From contig CAVYBH010000008.1 in the NCBI GenBank assembly GCA_963766715.1, positions 96,001 to 160,000 on the forward strand: a stretch of 64,000 nucleotides of DNA, written 5' to 3'. Under the pieces are notes generated by a model. It ran no database searches. It worked only from the letters and a program-made list of their open reading frames with translations, and was not told the origin of the DNA. Below are positions 11,412-23,063 of the stretch, in pieces; the first letter of the stretch is position 1; each line of letters starts with the position of its first letter. Both the position numbers and the translations under genes were made by a program. The DNA comes from an uncultured delta proteobacterium (GTDB taxonomy: Bacteria; Myxococcota; Myxococcia; Myxococcales; Anaeromyxobacteraceae).

Positions 11412-12597
11412 ACTGACCTTCCCGGATCGCTGGGAGGTCTCGGACCTGGCCTCTCCCGGCATGGGCAAGCCGGGGCTCACCCCGGAGGAGATCCGCGCGC
11501 GGCTGGAGCGCCCGGTCGCGGGCCCGACGCTTCTCGACCTCGCCCGGGGCAAGCAGCAGGCGGTCGTCGTCTTCGACGACATGACGCGCCCGACCCCGGT
11601 GAAGGACGTGGCGCCCCACGTCCTCGAGACCCTGCACGAGGCGGGCCTGCGGGACGACCAGATCCGCTTCCTCTGGGCGCTCGGCTCCCACGCCGCCTAC
11701 GACATGATCGCCGCCCGGAAGAAGCTCGGCGACGCCATCGTGGAGCGGTACGCCGTGTACAACCACGACCCCTTCCAGAACACGGTCCGGGTCGGCGCGA
11801 CGCCGTCGGGCCTGGAGATCTGGCTCAACCGCGAGTACATGGCCTGCGACCTGCGGATCGGGATCGGCTGCGTGACGGCGCACGTCCACGCCGGGTACGG
11901 CGGCGGGGCCAAGCTGATCATGCCCGGGGTCGCGGGGCTCGAGACCATCGGCCAGTTCCACGACCTGTTCCGCAAGAACGCCGCCCGGACCGGCCTGGGC
12001 AGGTTCGAGGGCAACGTGATGCGGGCCGAGATCGACGCCGCGGGCGACCTCTCCGGGCTCGACTTCAAGGTCGACTGCCTGGTGAACCGCCGCGGGCAGA
12101 TCGCGAGCCTCCATGCCGGGCGCTTCCGGGCCACGCACGCCGCGGGCGCCGAGGAGGGCAAGGTCCACTACGGCATCCCGGCCTCGGGCGTCTACGACGT
12201 CGCGGTGTGCAACACCTACGGCAAGGCCAACGAGTCGGCCATCGCGCTCGCCATCGCCATCCGGCTCCTCCGGCCGGGCGCGCAGGGCACCGGCGTGATC
12301 ATCATGGACGCGCCCGAGGGGCAGGTCGCGCACCACGTCATGCGGGCCTGGGGGACCGGATACGGCGGGCGGCATTACACCCCGAGGGAACCCGGGTTCA
12401 TCCGGCGGTTCATGAAGCGGCTCATCGTGCTGAACCCGTACCCGGACCGCACCTGCCTGGACCTCGTCTGCCACCCGGACGACGCGGTGGTCGTGAAGAC
12501 CTGGCCGGAGGTGCTGCGCCTGCTCGAGGAGGACTTCCCGGGCCCGGCCAGGGTGGGCGTCGTCCAGGACGGAACGATGGAGTACGTGAGGGCGTAG
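11359..12597 (+). CDS. LarA-family (lactate racemase domain, DUF2088) protein
   Basis: FDDMTRPTP, ALGSH, AHVHAGYGGGAKLIMPG, TIGQFH. Confidence 0.85.
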   Translation: MKRVDVPARLWYDNTDRELTFPDRWEVSDLASPGMGKPGLTPEEIRARLERPVAGPTLLDLARGKQQAVVVFDDMTRPTPVKDVAPHVLETLHEAGLRDDQIRFLWALGSHAAYDMIAARKKLGDAIVERYAVYNHDPFQNTVRVGATPSGLEIWLNREYMACDLRIGIGCVTAHVHAGYGGGAKLIMPGVAGLETIGQFHDLFRKNAARTGLGRFEGNVMRAEIDAAGDLSGLDFKVDCLVNRRGQIASLHAGRFRATHAAGAEEGKVHYGIPASGVYDVAVCNTYGKANESAIALAIAIRLLRPGAQGTGVIIMDAPEGQVAHHVMRAWGTGYGGRHYTPREPGFIRRFMKRLIVLNPYPDRTCLDLVCHPDDAVVVKTWPEVLRLLEEDFPGPARVGVVQDGTMEYVRA

Positions 12598-12683
12598 CTC
12601 GCCCGAAACGATCGCTTCGCCCCTCCCGGAGGCGAGCGAATTTTCCCGTCGCGCCGTCCCGGCCGGCCCGCTATGGCCGGAGC

Positions 12684-13385
12684 GTGCGCGTCCGTGTCGG
12701 CACGAGCGGCTTCTCGTACCCGGAGTGGAGGGGAGGCTTCTACCCCGAGGGCCTCCCTGCCGGGCGGATGCTCGGCTACTACGCCGAGCGGCTGCCGGCC
12801 GTCGAGGTGAACAACACCTTCTACCGGCTGCCGTCGGCGAGGGTGCTCGCCACCTGGAGGGCGCAGGTGCCGCCGGACTTCCGCTTCGCCATCAAGGCGT
12901 CGCAGCGCATCACGCACCGCGCCCGCCTCCGGGACGTCGCCGAGCCGGTGGGCTACCTCTACCGGACGGTCGCCGAGCTCGGCCCCACGCTCGGGCCGTG
13001 CCTGTACCAGCTGCCCCCGCAGCTCCGGAAGGACCTGCCCCGGCTCTCCGCCTTCCTCGATCTCCTCCCCGCCGGCGGGCGAGCCGCCATCGAGTTCCGC
13101 CATCCCTCCTGGTTCTCGGACGACGTGTTCGAGGCCCTGCGCGCGCGCGGCGCGGCGCTCTGCATCGCCGAGTCCCAGGACCTCGAGACGCCGGTGGTGG
13201 CGACCGCCCGGTGGGGATACCTCCGGCTCCACAAGGCGGGCTACGACGGCGGCGCGCTCACCGCCTGGGCGGAGCGGATCCTGGAACAACCCTGGGAGGA
13301 GGTCTTCGCGTTCTTCCAGCACGAGGAGATCGAGGGGCCACGCCTCGCCGCCGCGCTGTCGGCGCTCGTCGAGGCGCGCCCCTGA
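12684..13385 (+). CDS. DUF72 domain protein
   Basis: VGTSGFSYPEW, VEVNNTFYRLP, AIKASQRITH, LYQLPP, IEFRHPSW. Confidence 0.92.
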   Translation: MRVRVGTSGFSYPEWRGGFYPEGLPAGRMLGYYAERLPAVEVNNTFYRLPSARVLATWRAQVPPDFRFAIKASQRITHRARLRDVAEPVGYLYRTVAELGPTLGPCLYQLPPQLRKDLPRLSAFLDLLPAGGRAAIEFRHPSWFSDDVFEALRARGAALCIAESQDLETPVVATARWGYLRLHKAGYDGGALTAWAERILEQPWEEVFAFFQHEEIEGPRLAAALSALVEARP

Positions 13386-14880
13386 GGGAGGGACGGGCCG
13401 CGCCCCTGGCGGCGAGCAGCCCCTCGAGCCTCCGGTCGAGGCCGTAGATGTCCTCGAAGAACGACTCGGTCCCGTCGGGGTCCGCCGAGGCCGTGGCGTA
13501 GACCACCGCGACGTCAATCGGCTCCGCCAGCCGCACGGTGGTGGAGTGGGTGTGCCCGATGGCGGTCTCGATGCGCTCCCGGTCCCAGCCGTCCTGGTCC
13601 CGCAGGACCCAGTCGGCCAGCTCGGTCGGCTGCTCGAGCCGGACGCACCCGTGGCTCCGGTCCCGCCGCGGCTTCTCGAACAGCCGCTGGTGCGGGGTGC
13701 CGTGGAGCCCGATGCAGGCCGGGTTCGGCACCACGAACTTCACCAGGCCCAGGTCGTTGCGGGGGCCGGGACGTTGCCGGATGGTGAGCTTGCCCCGGGC
13801 GACGGCCTCGAGATTGGCCTCGTCCGGCTCGAGGGCCGGTGCGTCGTCGCCCCCGCTCGCCACGATCTCCATGCCGTGCGCGGCCAGCCACTCCGGCTTC
13901 TCCTGGACCTTCGGCAGGATCTCCTCCCGGACGATGGGCATGGGCGGGACCCACCAGGGCCGGAAGACGACCCCGGTGATCCGGGACGCCATCATGGGGG
14001 TCTCGTGCTGCGGCGCCGCGCCCACCACGAGCCGCATGGTCAGGACCGGCTTCCCCTCCTCGAAGGCCCAGAGCCGGGCGCGGGGCACCTCGACGAAGAC
14101 GAGGCGCCGCCCGGGCGCGGGGAACCAGCGCAGGCGCTCCATCGCCAGCTCGATCTGCTTCACTCTCAGTGAAGCAGGCGCGTTCAGCGCCGCCACCGTC
14201 CGGGCGCCGGGGACGCCGTCGGCCTCGACCCCGTGCCGCGCCTGGAAGCGCCGGAGCACCTCGACGAGCGGAGGATGGCCGGGCTCGTCCTGCGCGCCGG
14301 GTTCCCCGAGCCAGGCCAGCCGCGCGCGGAGGGCGGGGGCGCCCTCCCAGGCCTCCAGGTCCCACTCCTTCGGCGACTTCACCTTGGGTGCGGCAGGGAC
14401 CGGGGGCGGCTCGGGCGACGCGGCCCGGGCCCGCCAGCGAGCCAGGGCGGCGCGCAGCGGGGCGTAGGCGGGAAGCCGGGGCTCGAGGGAAACCGCCACG
14501 CGGCGGAGGTCCTCGCCCGCGAGCACCGCGCCCACCGGCCCGTCCAGGCTGGAGGGCGAGCTCGCCTCGTCGACGAGAACCCCTCGATCGGCGGCCGCGA
14601 CGCGTCCTCCCTGCAGGTCGCGGAGGAAGCGCCGGACGGCGCGCTCCACCTCGGCGCTCGCGCGGGCCCGCTCCTCGTCGCCCTGCGCCGCCGCCAGCCG
14701 GGTCGCGAGTCCGGTGGCGTCGTAGTCGGCGGGGTCGAGCCCCTGCTCCTGCGCATCGGCCAGGACGCGCACGGCGGCGGCCAGCGGGTCTGCGTGCGCC
14801 GTCCGGTCCGCCGGCTGCGCGGCGATCGCGGCGGCCAGCAGCACGAAGAGGACGCGCTCGGCGATCTGGAGCATCTCCAT
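13258..14880 (-). CDS. L,D-transpeptidase, YcbB/LdtD-like, with peptidoglycan-binding domain
   Basis: RFQARHG..ADG.PG, MERLRW, LHGTP...SHGCVR, DIYGLD; both ends uncertain. Confidence 0.88.
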   Translation of the reverse strand: MEMLQIAERVLFVLLAAAIAAQPADRTAHADPLAAAVRVLADAQEQGLDPADYDATGLATRLAAAQGDEERARASAEVERAVRRFLRDLQGGRVAAADRGVLVDEASSPSSLDGPVGAVLAGEDLRRVAVSLEPRLPAYAPLRAALARWRARAASPEPPPVPAAPKVKSPKEWDLEAWEGAPALRARLAWLGEPGAQDEPGHPPLVEVLRRFQARHGVEADGVPGARTVAALNAPASLRVKQIELAMERLRWFPAPGRRLVFVEVPRARLWAFEEGKPVLTMRLVVGAAPQHETPMMASRITGVVFRPWWVPPMPIVREEILPKVQEKPEWLAAHGMEIVASGGDDAPALEPDEANLEAVARGKLTIRQRPGPRNDLGLVKFVVPNPACIGLHGTPHQRLFEKPRRDRSHGCVRLEQPTELADWVLRDQDGWDRERIETAIGHTHSTTVRLAEPIDVAVVYATASADPDGTESFFEDIYGLDRRLEGLLAARGAARPSLRGAPRRAPTARRRGVAPRSPRAGRTRRPPPRVVPGSAPPRR

Positions 14881-14947
14881 CCTCCGGGGGAGGACCGCCG
14901 CGACCCCACCGCCACCCGTTGCGCTCGCGCCATTCATCCCTAAACTG

Positions 14948-15538
14948 ATGCTACCCCTCGTGACCGACGACCGCTCCCCCATCTCCCCGCCCCACCCGGA
15001 CGGGCTCACCCGACGCCGGTTCCTCGGCGGCCTCGCGGCGCTGGGCGGCGCGTTGCTCCTGCCCTCCCCCGTCCTGGCGGCGTTCCCGCAGCGCGGCGAG
15101 CGGCGCCTGTCGTTCGTCCACACCCACACCGGCGAGCGGTTCGCCACCACCTACTGGGGCGACGGCAACTACCTCGAGCGGGAGCTCGGTCGCGTCGACG
15201 ACTTCCTGCGCGACTTCCGGACCGGCGAGCGCCACCCCATCGACCCGGCCCTCCTCGACCAGCTCCACGAACTCGCGCTCGCCACCGGGACCACCGCGCC
15301 TTTCCAGGTGATCAGCGGCTACCGCTCGCCCGCCACGAACGCCGCGCTGCGCGCCGTCCGGGGCGGCCAGGCGAGCCACAGCCTCCACATGCGCGGCCAG
15401 GCCATCGACGTGCGGCTCGCCGACGTCTCGAGCGCCTTCATCCGCGACGCGGCGCTCGACCTCGGCCGGGGCGGCGTGGGGTTCTACCCGGGCGAGGACT
15501 TCGTCCACATCGACACGGGCCGCGTCCGGCGCTGGTAG
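14948..15538 (+). CDS. YcbK/MepK (DUF882, peptidase M15) with Tat signal
   Basis: TRRRFL Tat motif, HTHTGE, LRDFR, ISGYRSP.TN, SLHMRGQAID, FVHIDTG. Confidence 0.92.
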   Translation: MLPLVTDDRSPISPPHPDGLTRRRFLGGLAALGGALLLPSPVLAAFPQRGERRLSFVHTHTGERFATTYWGDGNYLERELGRVDDFLRDFRTGERHPIDPALLDQLHELALATGTTAPFQVISGYRSPATNAALRAVRGGQASHSLHMRGQAIDVRLADVSSAFIRDAALDLGRGGVGFYPGEDFVHIDTGRVRRW

Positions 15539-15662
15539 CGCCGGTCGGGCCGCAGGGCCCGCGATCCCGGACGGGGTCGCACAGGACCAGGACGGGGCGC
15601 CTCCGCGGAGGCAGGGAATCCGTCCGGAACGGTGAGAGGATCTCCGCCGGGGGGGTTGCTCG

Positions 15663-16350
15663 TTGGTCCACGACCTTCGCGAGCTGCGAGAGCGCGTCCA
15701 GCGTCTTCCGGGACCGGCATCACGCCGGCGAGGTCCTGGCCGGCATGCTCGAAGGCAGGCTGCCGGCCGGAAGCCGGATCCTGGCCATCCCGGCGGGCGG
15801 CGTGCCCGTGGCCGCCGCGATCGCGAGCGCGCTCGGCCTCCCGCTCGACGTCGCGGTGGTGAGCAAGGTGACCCCGTCGTGGAACACCGAGGTCGGCTAC
15901 GGGGCGGTGGCCTTCGACGGCCGCGTGCGCATCGACGCGCGCAGGCAGGCCGCGCTGGGCGTGGACGAGGCGGACCGGAAGCGCGACGTCGACCGGGCCT
16001 TGGCCAAGGTTCGACGCCGGGTGAGGATCCTCCGCGCCGGACGGGGAACGCTCGTCCCTCCCGGCGACACCGTGATCCTCGTCGACGACGGTCTCGCCTC
16101 CGGCATCACGCTCGCCACCGCCGTCGAGGCCGTCCGCGCCGCGGGCGCGGGCCAGGTCATCGTGGCCATCCCCACCGGTCACGAGGACGCGATCGTCCGC
16201 ATCGCCGGGATCGCGGACCAGGTCCACTGCGCGAACGTGCGCTCCGGCCGGACGTTCGCGGTGGCGGACGCCTACCAGGCCTGGATGGATCTCGACGATG
16301 CCGCGGTCCTGAAGGCCCTGGGGATGCCGGAGGGAGAGGTCGCGCAGTAG
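15663..16350 (+). CDS. Phosphoribosyltransferase
   Basis: FRDRHHAG, AIPAGGVPVA, VILVDDGLASG; N-terminal indel. Confidence 0.85.
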
Positions 16351-16392
16351 GACGCCGAGGTCGTGCCGTCGTCGGGTGGCGAAGGAGACCGA

Positions 16393-18801
16393 ATGCCCAA
16401 CCTCCCGCTTCCTCCGGATGCCCTGCGGCACCGGTGCGAGCTCTCGGCCCTTCCCTTCCAGACCACCGCCGAGCTCGAGCCGCTCGACGGCCCCTTCGAG
16501 CAGGCACGCGCCGCCGAGGCGCTCGCCTTCGGCGCCTCGATGCGCTCGGAGGGCTACCACGTCTACGCGCTCGGACCGCCCGGCGTCGGCAAGCACAGGC
16601 TGGTCGCCCAGGTCCTCGCCGAGCAGGCGCCGCGCGCGCCGGTTCCCTCCGACTGGTGCTACGTCCACGACTTCTCGGCCCCGCAGCGGCCGAGGCGCCT
16701 GGAGCTGCCGGCCGGCGCCGGCGTCCGGCTGCAGCGCGACATGGAAGCCCTGGTCGAGGAGCTCCGCGCGGCCGTTCCCGCGGCCTTCGAGAGCGAGGAG
16801 TACCGCAACCGGCTGCAGGCGCTGCACAAGGAGATGGAGCAGCAGCGCGAGGCGGCGCTGGCCGCGCTGTCGGAGAAGGCCCGCGCCCGCGGCGTCGCGC
16901 TGGTCCGCACGCCCGTGGGCTTCGCGGTCGCGCCCTTGAAGGAGGGGCAGGTCGTCGACCCCGAGGAGTTCCACAAGCTGCCCGCGGCGGAGCAGGACCG
17001 GATCCGCGTGGACCTCGAGGCCGTGCAGGAGGCCCTCGGCGAGGTCGTCCGGGACTTCCCGGCCCAGGACCGCAAGCACCGCGAGCAGGTGAAGACGATG
17101 AATCGCGAGGTCGCCCTGGGCGTGGCGGGCCACCTGGTGGACGAGGTCCGGAACCGCTGGGCCGAGCTGCCCCAGGTGGCGACCTATCTCCAGGAGGTCG
17201 GGCGGGACGTGGTCGAGAACGTGCACGAGTTCCTGGCCAGCCCCGAGAGCGGGGAGGACGGCCTGGCGCCGCAGATCCGCAAGCTCCTCGCCGAGGGCCC
17301 GGCGCTCCGCCGCTACGCGATCAACGTCCTGGTGGACCGGACCGGCCTCTCCGGGGCACCGGTGGTGTACGAGGACCTCCCCTCCCACGCGGGGCTGGTC
17401 GGCCGGATCGAGCACCGGGCGCACTTCGGCGCGCTCTGGACCGATTTCACGCTGGTCCGCGCCGGCGCCCTCCATCGCGCCAACGGCGGCTACCTGGTCG
17501 TCGACGTCCGCCGGCTCCTCGCGCAGCCGTTCGCCTGGGAGGACCTCAAGCGGGCGCTTCGGTCCGGCCAGATCCGCATCGACCCGCCCGAGCGCCTCCT
17601 CGGCCTCTCGGGCGTCGCCGCCCTGGAACCGGAGCCCATCCCGCTGGTCGTGAAGGTGGTCCTGGTCGGGGATCGGCTCCTCCACCTGCTCCTGTCCGAG
17701 CTCGACCCGGAGTTCTCGGGCCTCTTCAAGGTCACCGCCGACTTCGAGGAGCAGGCACCGCGCGCCGAGGGCGGCGAGCTTCGCCTCGCCCGCCTCGTGA
17801 CCGGCATCGTGCGCGACGAGCAGCTGCGTCCGCTCGACCGGGAGGCCGTCGCGCGCGATCGTCGAGCAGGCGTCGCGCCTGGCCGAGGACGGCGAGAAGC
17901 TGACCACCCGGGTGCGCGACATCGCCGACCTGGTCCGCGAGTCGGACCACGCGGCCGGCCAGGCGCAGCGACCGGTCGTGGGCGGAGCCGACGTGCAGGC
18001 CGCGCTCGACGCGGCCGAGCGTCGCCAGGACCGGACCCGGCGGCTCACCCGAGCAAGCCATCGCCGAGGGCACGCTGCTCGTGGACACGACGGGTGCGCA
18101 GTGGGCCAGGTGAACGGCCTCTCCGTCGACGAGCACGGACGGTTCACCTTCGGCCGGCCGAGCCGCATCACCGCGCGCGTCCGCCTGGGACGCGGGAGAG
18201 GTCGTGGACATCGAGCGGGAGGTCGAGCTGGGGGGACCCATCCACTCGAAGGGGGTCCTCATCCTGGCGGGCTTCCTCGGCGCCCGCTTCGCTCCCGACT
18301 GTCCGCTGTCCTTGCGGGCCAGCCTCGTCTTCGAGCAGTCGTACGGCGGGGTCGAGGGGGACAGCGCCTCCTCGGCCGAGCTCTACGCCTTGCTCTCGGC
18401 GCTCTCCGGGCTCCCCATCCGCCAGGGGATCGCGGTGACCGGGTCGGTGAACCAGCACGGCCGCGTCCAGGCCATCGGGGGCGTGAACGAGAAGGTGGAG
18501 GGCTTCTTCGACGTCTGCCGCGCGCGCGGGCTCGACGGGTCCGCAGGGCGTGATCGTGCCCGCCGCCAACCGTCGTCACCTCGTGCTCCGATTGGACGTG
18601 GTGGACGCCGCGCGCGAGGGGCGGTTCCACGTCTGGGCGGTCGAGACGACGGACGAGGGGATCGAGCTGCTGACCGGAGTGCCGGCCGGCGAGCAGCTCC
18701 CGGACGGCACGTGGCCCGCGGGAAGCGTGAACGCCCTCGTCGATGCGAGGCTCCGGGCGCTGGCGGAGGCGAGCCGGGTTCTGCTGGGAGGCGCGCCCTG
18801 A
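16393..18801 (+). CDS. Lon-family ATP-dependent protease (AAA + Lon_C; frameshifted)
   Basis: [31 protein letters not shown] (Ser), GVNEKVEGF (Lys). Confidence 0.9.
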
Positions 18802-18825
18802 CGGCGGGCGTGATTGGCCGCGCGG

Positions 18826-20523
18826 TCACCGCAGGCCGACGATCCTCCCGTCCGGCCCGACGTCGATCTCCTCCGCGGCCGGCCGCTCGGGGAGCCCGGG
18901 CATGAGCACCACCTCTCCGGTGAGCCCGGTGACGTAGCCCGCGCCCGCGTAGAGCCTCACCTCCCGGACCGGGAGCCTGTAGCCCACCGGGTTCGGGCCG
19001 AGCAGCGGGTCGTGGGAGAAGGAGAACGGCGTCTTCGCCATGCAGACCGGCAGGCCGCCGTGGCCCAGCGCGGTCAGCTCCTCCAGCTGCTCCGCGGCCG
19101 GCCGCGAGAAATCGACGCCGTCGGCGCGGTAGATGCGGCGCGCCACGGTCTCGATCTTCTCCCGCAGCGGGAGCTCGTCGGGGTAGAGCAGGCGGAATCG
19201 GCCCGGCGCCTCCGAGGCGGCGGCGCGGACCGCCCGGGCCAGGTCCAGCGCCCCGTCTCCTCCCTCCGCGAAGTGGCGGGCGACGACGGCCTCGCGTGCT
19301 CCGGCGGCGAGCGCCGCCTCCAGCACCAGGGCCTGCTCGTCGGAGCGGTCCCCGGGGTGCGCGTTCACGGCCACGACCACCGGCACGCCGAAGGCGAGCA
19401 CGTTCCCCACCTGGAGCCGCAGGTTCTCCACGCCCCTCCGGACGGCGTCGACGTCCGGCGTCGCGATGGCCTCGTCGCGCGCCCTTCCCGAGAGCCCCCG
19501 GCCTGCCCCCCCGTGCTGCCGGAGCGCGCGCACCGTGGCGACGAGCACCGCCGCGGCCGGCCGGAGCCCGCTCTGCCGGCACTTGAGATCGAAGAACTTC
19601 TCCGCGCCCAGATCGGCGCCGAAGCCGGCCTCGGTCACCACGATCTCGGCGCAGCGGAGCCCCAGCCGGTCGGCGACGACCGAGCTCGTTCCCTGCGCGA
19701 TGTTGCCGAAGGGACCGGTGTGGACGAGCACCGGCGAGCCCTCCAGCGTCTGCATGAGGTTGGGCTTCACGGCGTCGACGAGGAGCGCCGCCATCGCCCC
19801 GGGGGTCTTCAGGCTCTCCAGCGACACCGGGGACCCCTGCCGATCCCGGGCCACCACGATCCTCCCGAGCCGGAGCCGGAGATCCGCGAGGTCGCCGGAG
19901 AGCGAGAGCACCGCCATGACCTCCGAGGCCGCCGTGATGATCCACTCCGCGGCGCGCACCGGGCCGTTCGCCCGGCCGCCGAGCCCGATCACCGCGCTCC
20001 GCAGCGCGCGGTCGTCCGCGTCCACGACCCGTGGCCAGGCCACCGAGCCCGGCTCGATGCCGAGCCGGTTGCCGTGGTTCAGGTGGTTGTCGAGCATCGC
20101 CGCGGCGAGGTTGTGGGCGGCCGCCACCGCGTGGAAGTCCCCGGTGAGGTGGAGGTCGAACGTCTCCATGGGGACGACCTGCGCCCGGCCGCCCCCGTTC
20201 CCTCCCCCCTTCTTGCCGAACAGGGGACCGAGGCTGGGCTGGCGCACCGTGAGGACCGCGCGCGTCCCCAGGCGGCGGAGCGCGTCCACCACCCCGATCG
20301 CGGTCGTGGTCTTCCCCTCTCCGTGGGCGGTCGGGGTGATGGCCGTGACGACGACGAGGCGCCCCTCCGGCGCGTCGCCGAGCCGCTTCAGGGCGGATGG
20401 ATCGATCTTCGCAGCGTGCCGCCCCCACGGCTCGAGCTCCCCGGGACGCAGCCCGAGCTCCGCGGCCACGTCGACCAGGGGACGGAGCACCGCCTGCTGC
20501 GCGATCTCGAGCGAGGTGGCCAT
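18826..20523 (-). CDS. fhs: Formate--tetrahydrofolate ligase
   Basis: [60 protein letters not shown]. Confidence 0.96.
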   Translation of the reverse strand: MATSLEIAQQAVLRPLVDVAAELGLRPGELEPWGRHAAKIDPSALKRLGDAPEGRLVVVTAITPTAHGEGKTTTAIGVVDALRRLGTRAVLTVRQPSLGPLFGKKGGGNGGGRAQVVPMETFDLHLTGDFHAVAAAHNLAAAMLDNHLNHGNRLGIEPGSVAWPRVVDADDRALRSAVIGLGGRANGPVRAAEWIITAASEVMAVLSLSGDLADLRLRLGRIVVARDRQGSPVSLESLKTPGAMAALLVDAVKPNLMQTLEGSPVLVHTGPFGNIAQGTSSVVADRLGLRCAEIVVTEAGFGADLGAEKFFDLKCRQSGLRPAAAVLVATVRALRQHGGAGRGLSGRARDEAIATPDVDAVRRGVENLRLQVGNVLAFGVPVVVAVNAHPGDRSDEQALVLEAALAAGAREAVVARHFAEGGDGALDLARAVRAAASEAPGRFRLLYPDELPLREKIETVARRIYRADGVDFSRPAAEQLEELTALGHGGLPVCMAKTPFSFSHDPLLGPNPVGYRLPVREVRLYAGAGYVTGLTGEVVLMPGLPERPAAEEIDVGPDGRIVGLR

Positions 20524-20625
20524 GGACCGAGGGTACCGCCGGACGGCGCCGGGGGATCGCCCCTCAGGGGCCGTCCCGCAGAGGTCGGATTGGCCTGCGC
20601 CCTCTACGAGCCTTCCGGGCGTAGC

Positions 20626-22491
20626 ATGGCCTGGGGGTTGCCGTGGCGAGAGGCTGGAGTGGCTTCGCCGGTGGGTCTGGTACCTCGTCCTCCTCGGCTG
20701 GGCGGGGTTCGTCGTGTACGCGCTGCTGGGCGAGCCGGGCCAGGTCGGCCCGCTCCGTACACCGACTTCAAGGCCGCCGTGGTCGAGCACCGCGTGGTCG
20801 AGGCCGCGGTGTCGCCGACCGAGATCCGCGGTCGCCTCCGCCTCGCCTCCGCCGCCGATCCCGTGCCCTTCGCCACGGTCCGGGTGGACGACCGGGAGCG
20901 GCTGCGGACCCTGATGGATGCGGGGGTGAAGGTCTCCGGGGTGGTCGATCGCGCGCCTGGTGGAGCTCCCTCGTGTGGATGGTGCCGCTCCTCGTCTCGG
21001 CGATGCTGCGCTGGCCGCTGCTGCGGCGGGGCGGAGGCGGCGCACAGGGGCTCTTCGCCGCGGGACGCAGCCGCCCTCGCGTCTACGTGGAGACCCGGAT
21101 CGAGACCACCTTCGCGGACGTGGCCGGCGTCGACGAGGCCAAGGAGGAGCTGAAGGAGGTCGTCGACTTCCTGAAGACCCCGGAGAAGTTCCGCCGGCTC
21201 GGCGGCAGGATCCCGAAGGGCGTCCTGCTGGTCGGGCCGCCCGGGACCGGGCAAGACGCTGCTGGCCCGGGCCGTGGCCGGCGAGGCCGGGGTCCCGTTC
21301 TTCTCAGCATCACCGGCTCGGAGTTCGTGGAGATGTTCGTCGGCGTGGGCGCGGCCCGGGTCCGCGACCTCTTCGAGCAGGCCCGGGCCAAGCGCGCCCT
21401 GCATCATCTTCATCGACGAGCTGGACGCGCTCGGGCAAGGCGCGGGGGCTCGGCCCGATGGCGGCCACGAGGAGCGCGAGCAGACCCTGAACCAGCTGCT
21501 CGCCGAGATGGACGGCTTCGACCCGCGCAACGGCGTCATCCTCATGGCGCGCGACCAACCGCCCGGAGATCCTGGATCCGGCGCTGCTGCGCGCCGGGCC
21601 GCTTCGACCGGCAGGTGCTCGTGGATCGGCCCGGACATGATCGGCCGCGCTCGCGATCCTGCGGATCCACTCGCGAAGCGTGAAGCTCGACGCCCGACGT
21701 CGGACCTGCGAGGTGATCGCCGGGATGACCGCCGGGCTTCGTCGGCGCGGACCTCGCGAACATCGTCAACGAGGCGGCGCTGCTGGCCGTGCGCCGCGAG
21801 GCCGAGGACGGTGGCGCTGCGCGGACTTCGAGGAGGCCATCGAGCGGGTCGTGGCCGGCCTGGAGAAGAAGAACCGGGTGCTCAACCGCGATGGAGAAGG
21901 AGCTGGTGGCGCTACCACGAGGTGGGCCACGCGCTGGTGGCGCATCTCGCTGCCCGGCGCAGGACCCGGTCCAGAAGATCTCGATCATCCCGCGCGGGAT
22001 CGCGGCGCTCGGGCTACACGCTCCAGCTCCCGACCGAGGACCGCTACCTGATGACGAAGCAGGAGCTCGAGGACAAGATCTGCCGTCCTGCTGGGCGGCC
22101 GCGTGGCCGAGGAGGTCGTGCTTCGGCGACGTCTCGACCGGCGCCCAGGACGACCTCCGCAAGGCGACCGACATCGCGCGCAGCATGGTGCGCGCCTACG
22201 GCATGAGCGGGGTGCTGGGACCGCTCCCTTCGAGCGGGGCGGCGGCCGCTCTTCCTCGGCGCTGGCGAGTCGCGGGGCCGGGCGACGTCTCCGAGGACGG
22301 TGATGCGCCAGATTGACGAGGAGGTCCGGCGTATGGTGGAAGCGCAGCACGAGCGGGCCCGGCGGACGATCGAGGAGCGGAGCGCGCTTCTGCGGGAGGC
22401 CGCACGCGCTTTGCTGGAGCGGGAGATGCTCTCCGGGGAGGAATTGCGGGAGATTCGACCCGGATCCGGTGTAGCCTCCCCACCGGCATGA
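20626..22491 (+). CDS. ftsH: ATP-dependent zinc metalloprotease FtsH (heavily frameshifted)
   Basis: Two TM segments, [48 protein letters not shown]. Confidence 0.9.
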
Positions 22492-23048
22492 AGAAGACCC
22501 TGGCCCTGATTGCGTGCACGCTCCTCGTCCTGGGGTGCTCGAGCGCGACGCCGATCCGGACCCTCTCCTGGAAGCCGCCGCCCGAGGCGGCAGGGTGCAG
22601 CGAGGCCGCTCCCTGCGAGAACGTGAAGCGCTGGTTCGCCTTCGAGGGCCGGTCGGCGGGGGACTCGGCGGCCTGCCACCCGGTGGCCCAGAAGGGAACC
22701 GAGGAGGCCTGCGCCCGGGCCGACGAGGCGTACGCCCGGACCCACCAGAACTACCTCGAGTACGTGGCTGGCCTCTGCGGCGACTCGGTCGGGGTCCCGG
22801 GCCGGGCGGTGTTCCCCTACGTGGGCGTGCCCGACAACGACAAGCAGATCACCTGCGGCGGGAAGGGGGGCATCCCGGCCTTCCCCTGCCGCGTGTGGGA
22901 ATGGACCTGGGCCACCGCCACGCGCGGGGGCGCGTTCCTCGTCTTCCTGGTCCAGCCGGCCGGCGGTCCGCCCGGGGAATGGGTGCTCAACAGCTGCTCC
23001 TACTGCGAGCCGGGCACACCCTGCCGCGACGTGCCCTTCCGCCCCTGA
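22488..23048 (+). CDS. Cys-rich hypothetical lipoprotein
   Basis: MKKT...VLGC lipobox; ATGA overlap with ftsH stop. Confidence 0.7.
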   Translation: MKKTLALIACTLLVLGCSSATPIRTLSWKPPPEAAGCSEAAPCENVKRWFAFEGRSAGDSAACHPVAQKGTEEACARADEAYARTHQNYLEYVAGLCGDSVGVPGRAVFPYVGVPDNDKQITCGGKGGIPAFPCRVWEWTWATATRGGAFLVFLVQPAGGPPGEWVLNSCSYCEPGTPCRDVPFRP

Positions 23049-23063
23049 GCCGCCGAGGCCTCC

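Noticed and set aside
8577..11582. 1001-aa deacetylase-GT4 fusion ORF
   Set aside because: One indel near 9885 gives a normal deacetylase end whose TGA overlaps the GT4 TTG start; the 5' part is antisense to real genes
15484..21153. Long antisense ORFs (895 aa, 779 aa) and similar ones elsewhere
   Set aside because: Stop-poor shadows of real genes in high-GC DNA, with no motifs
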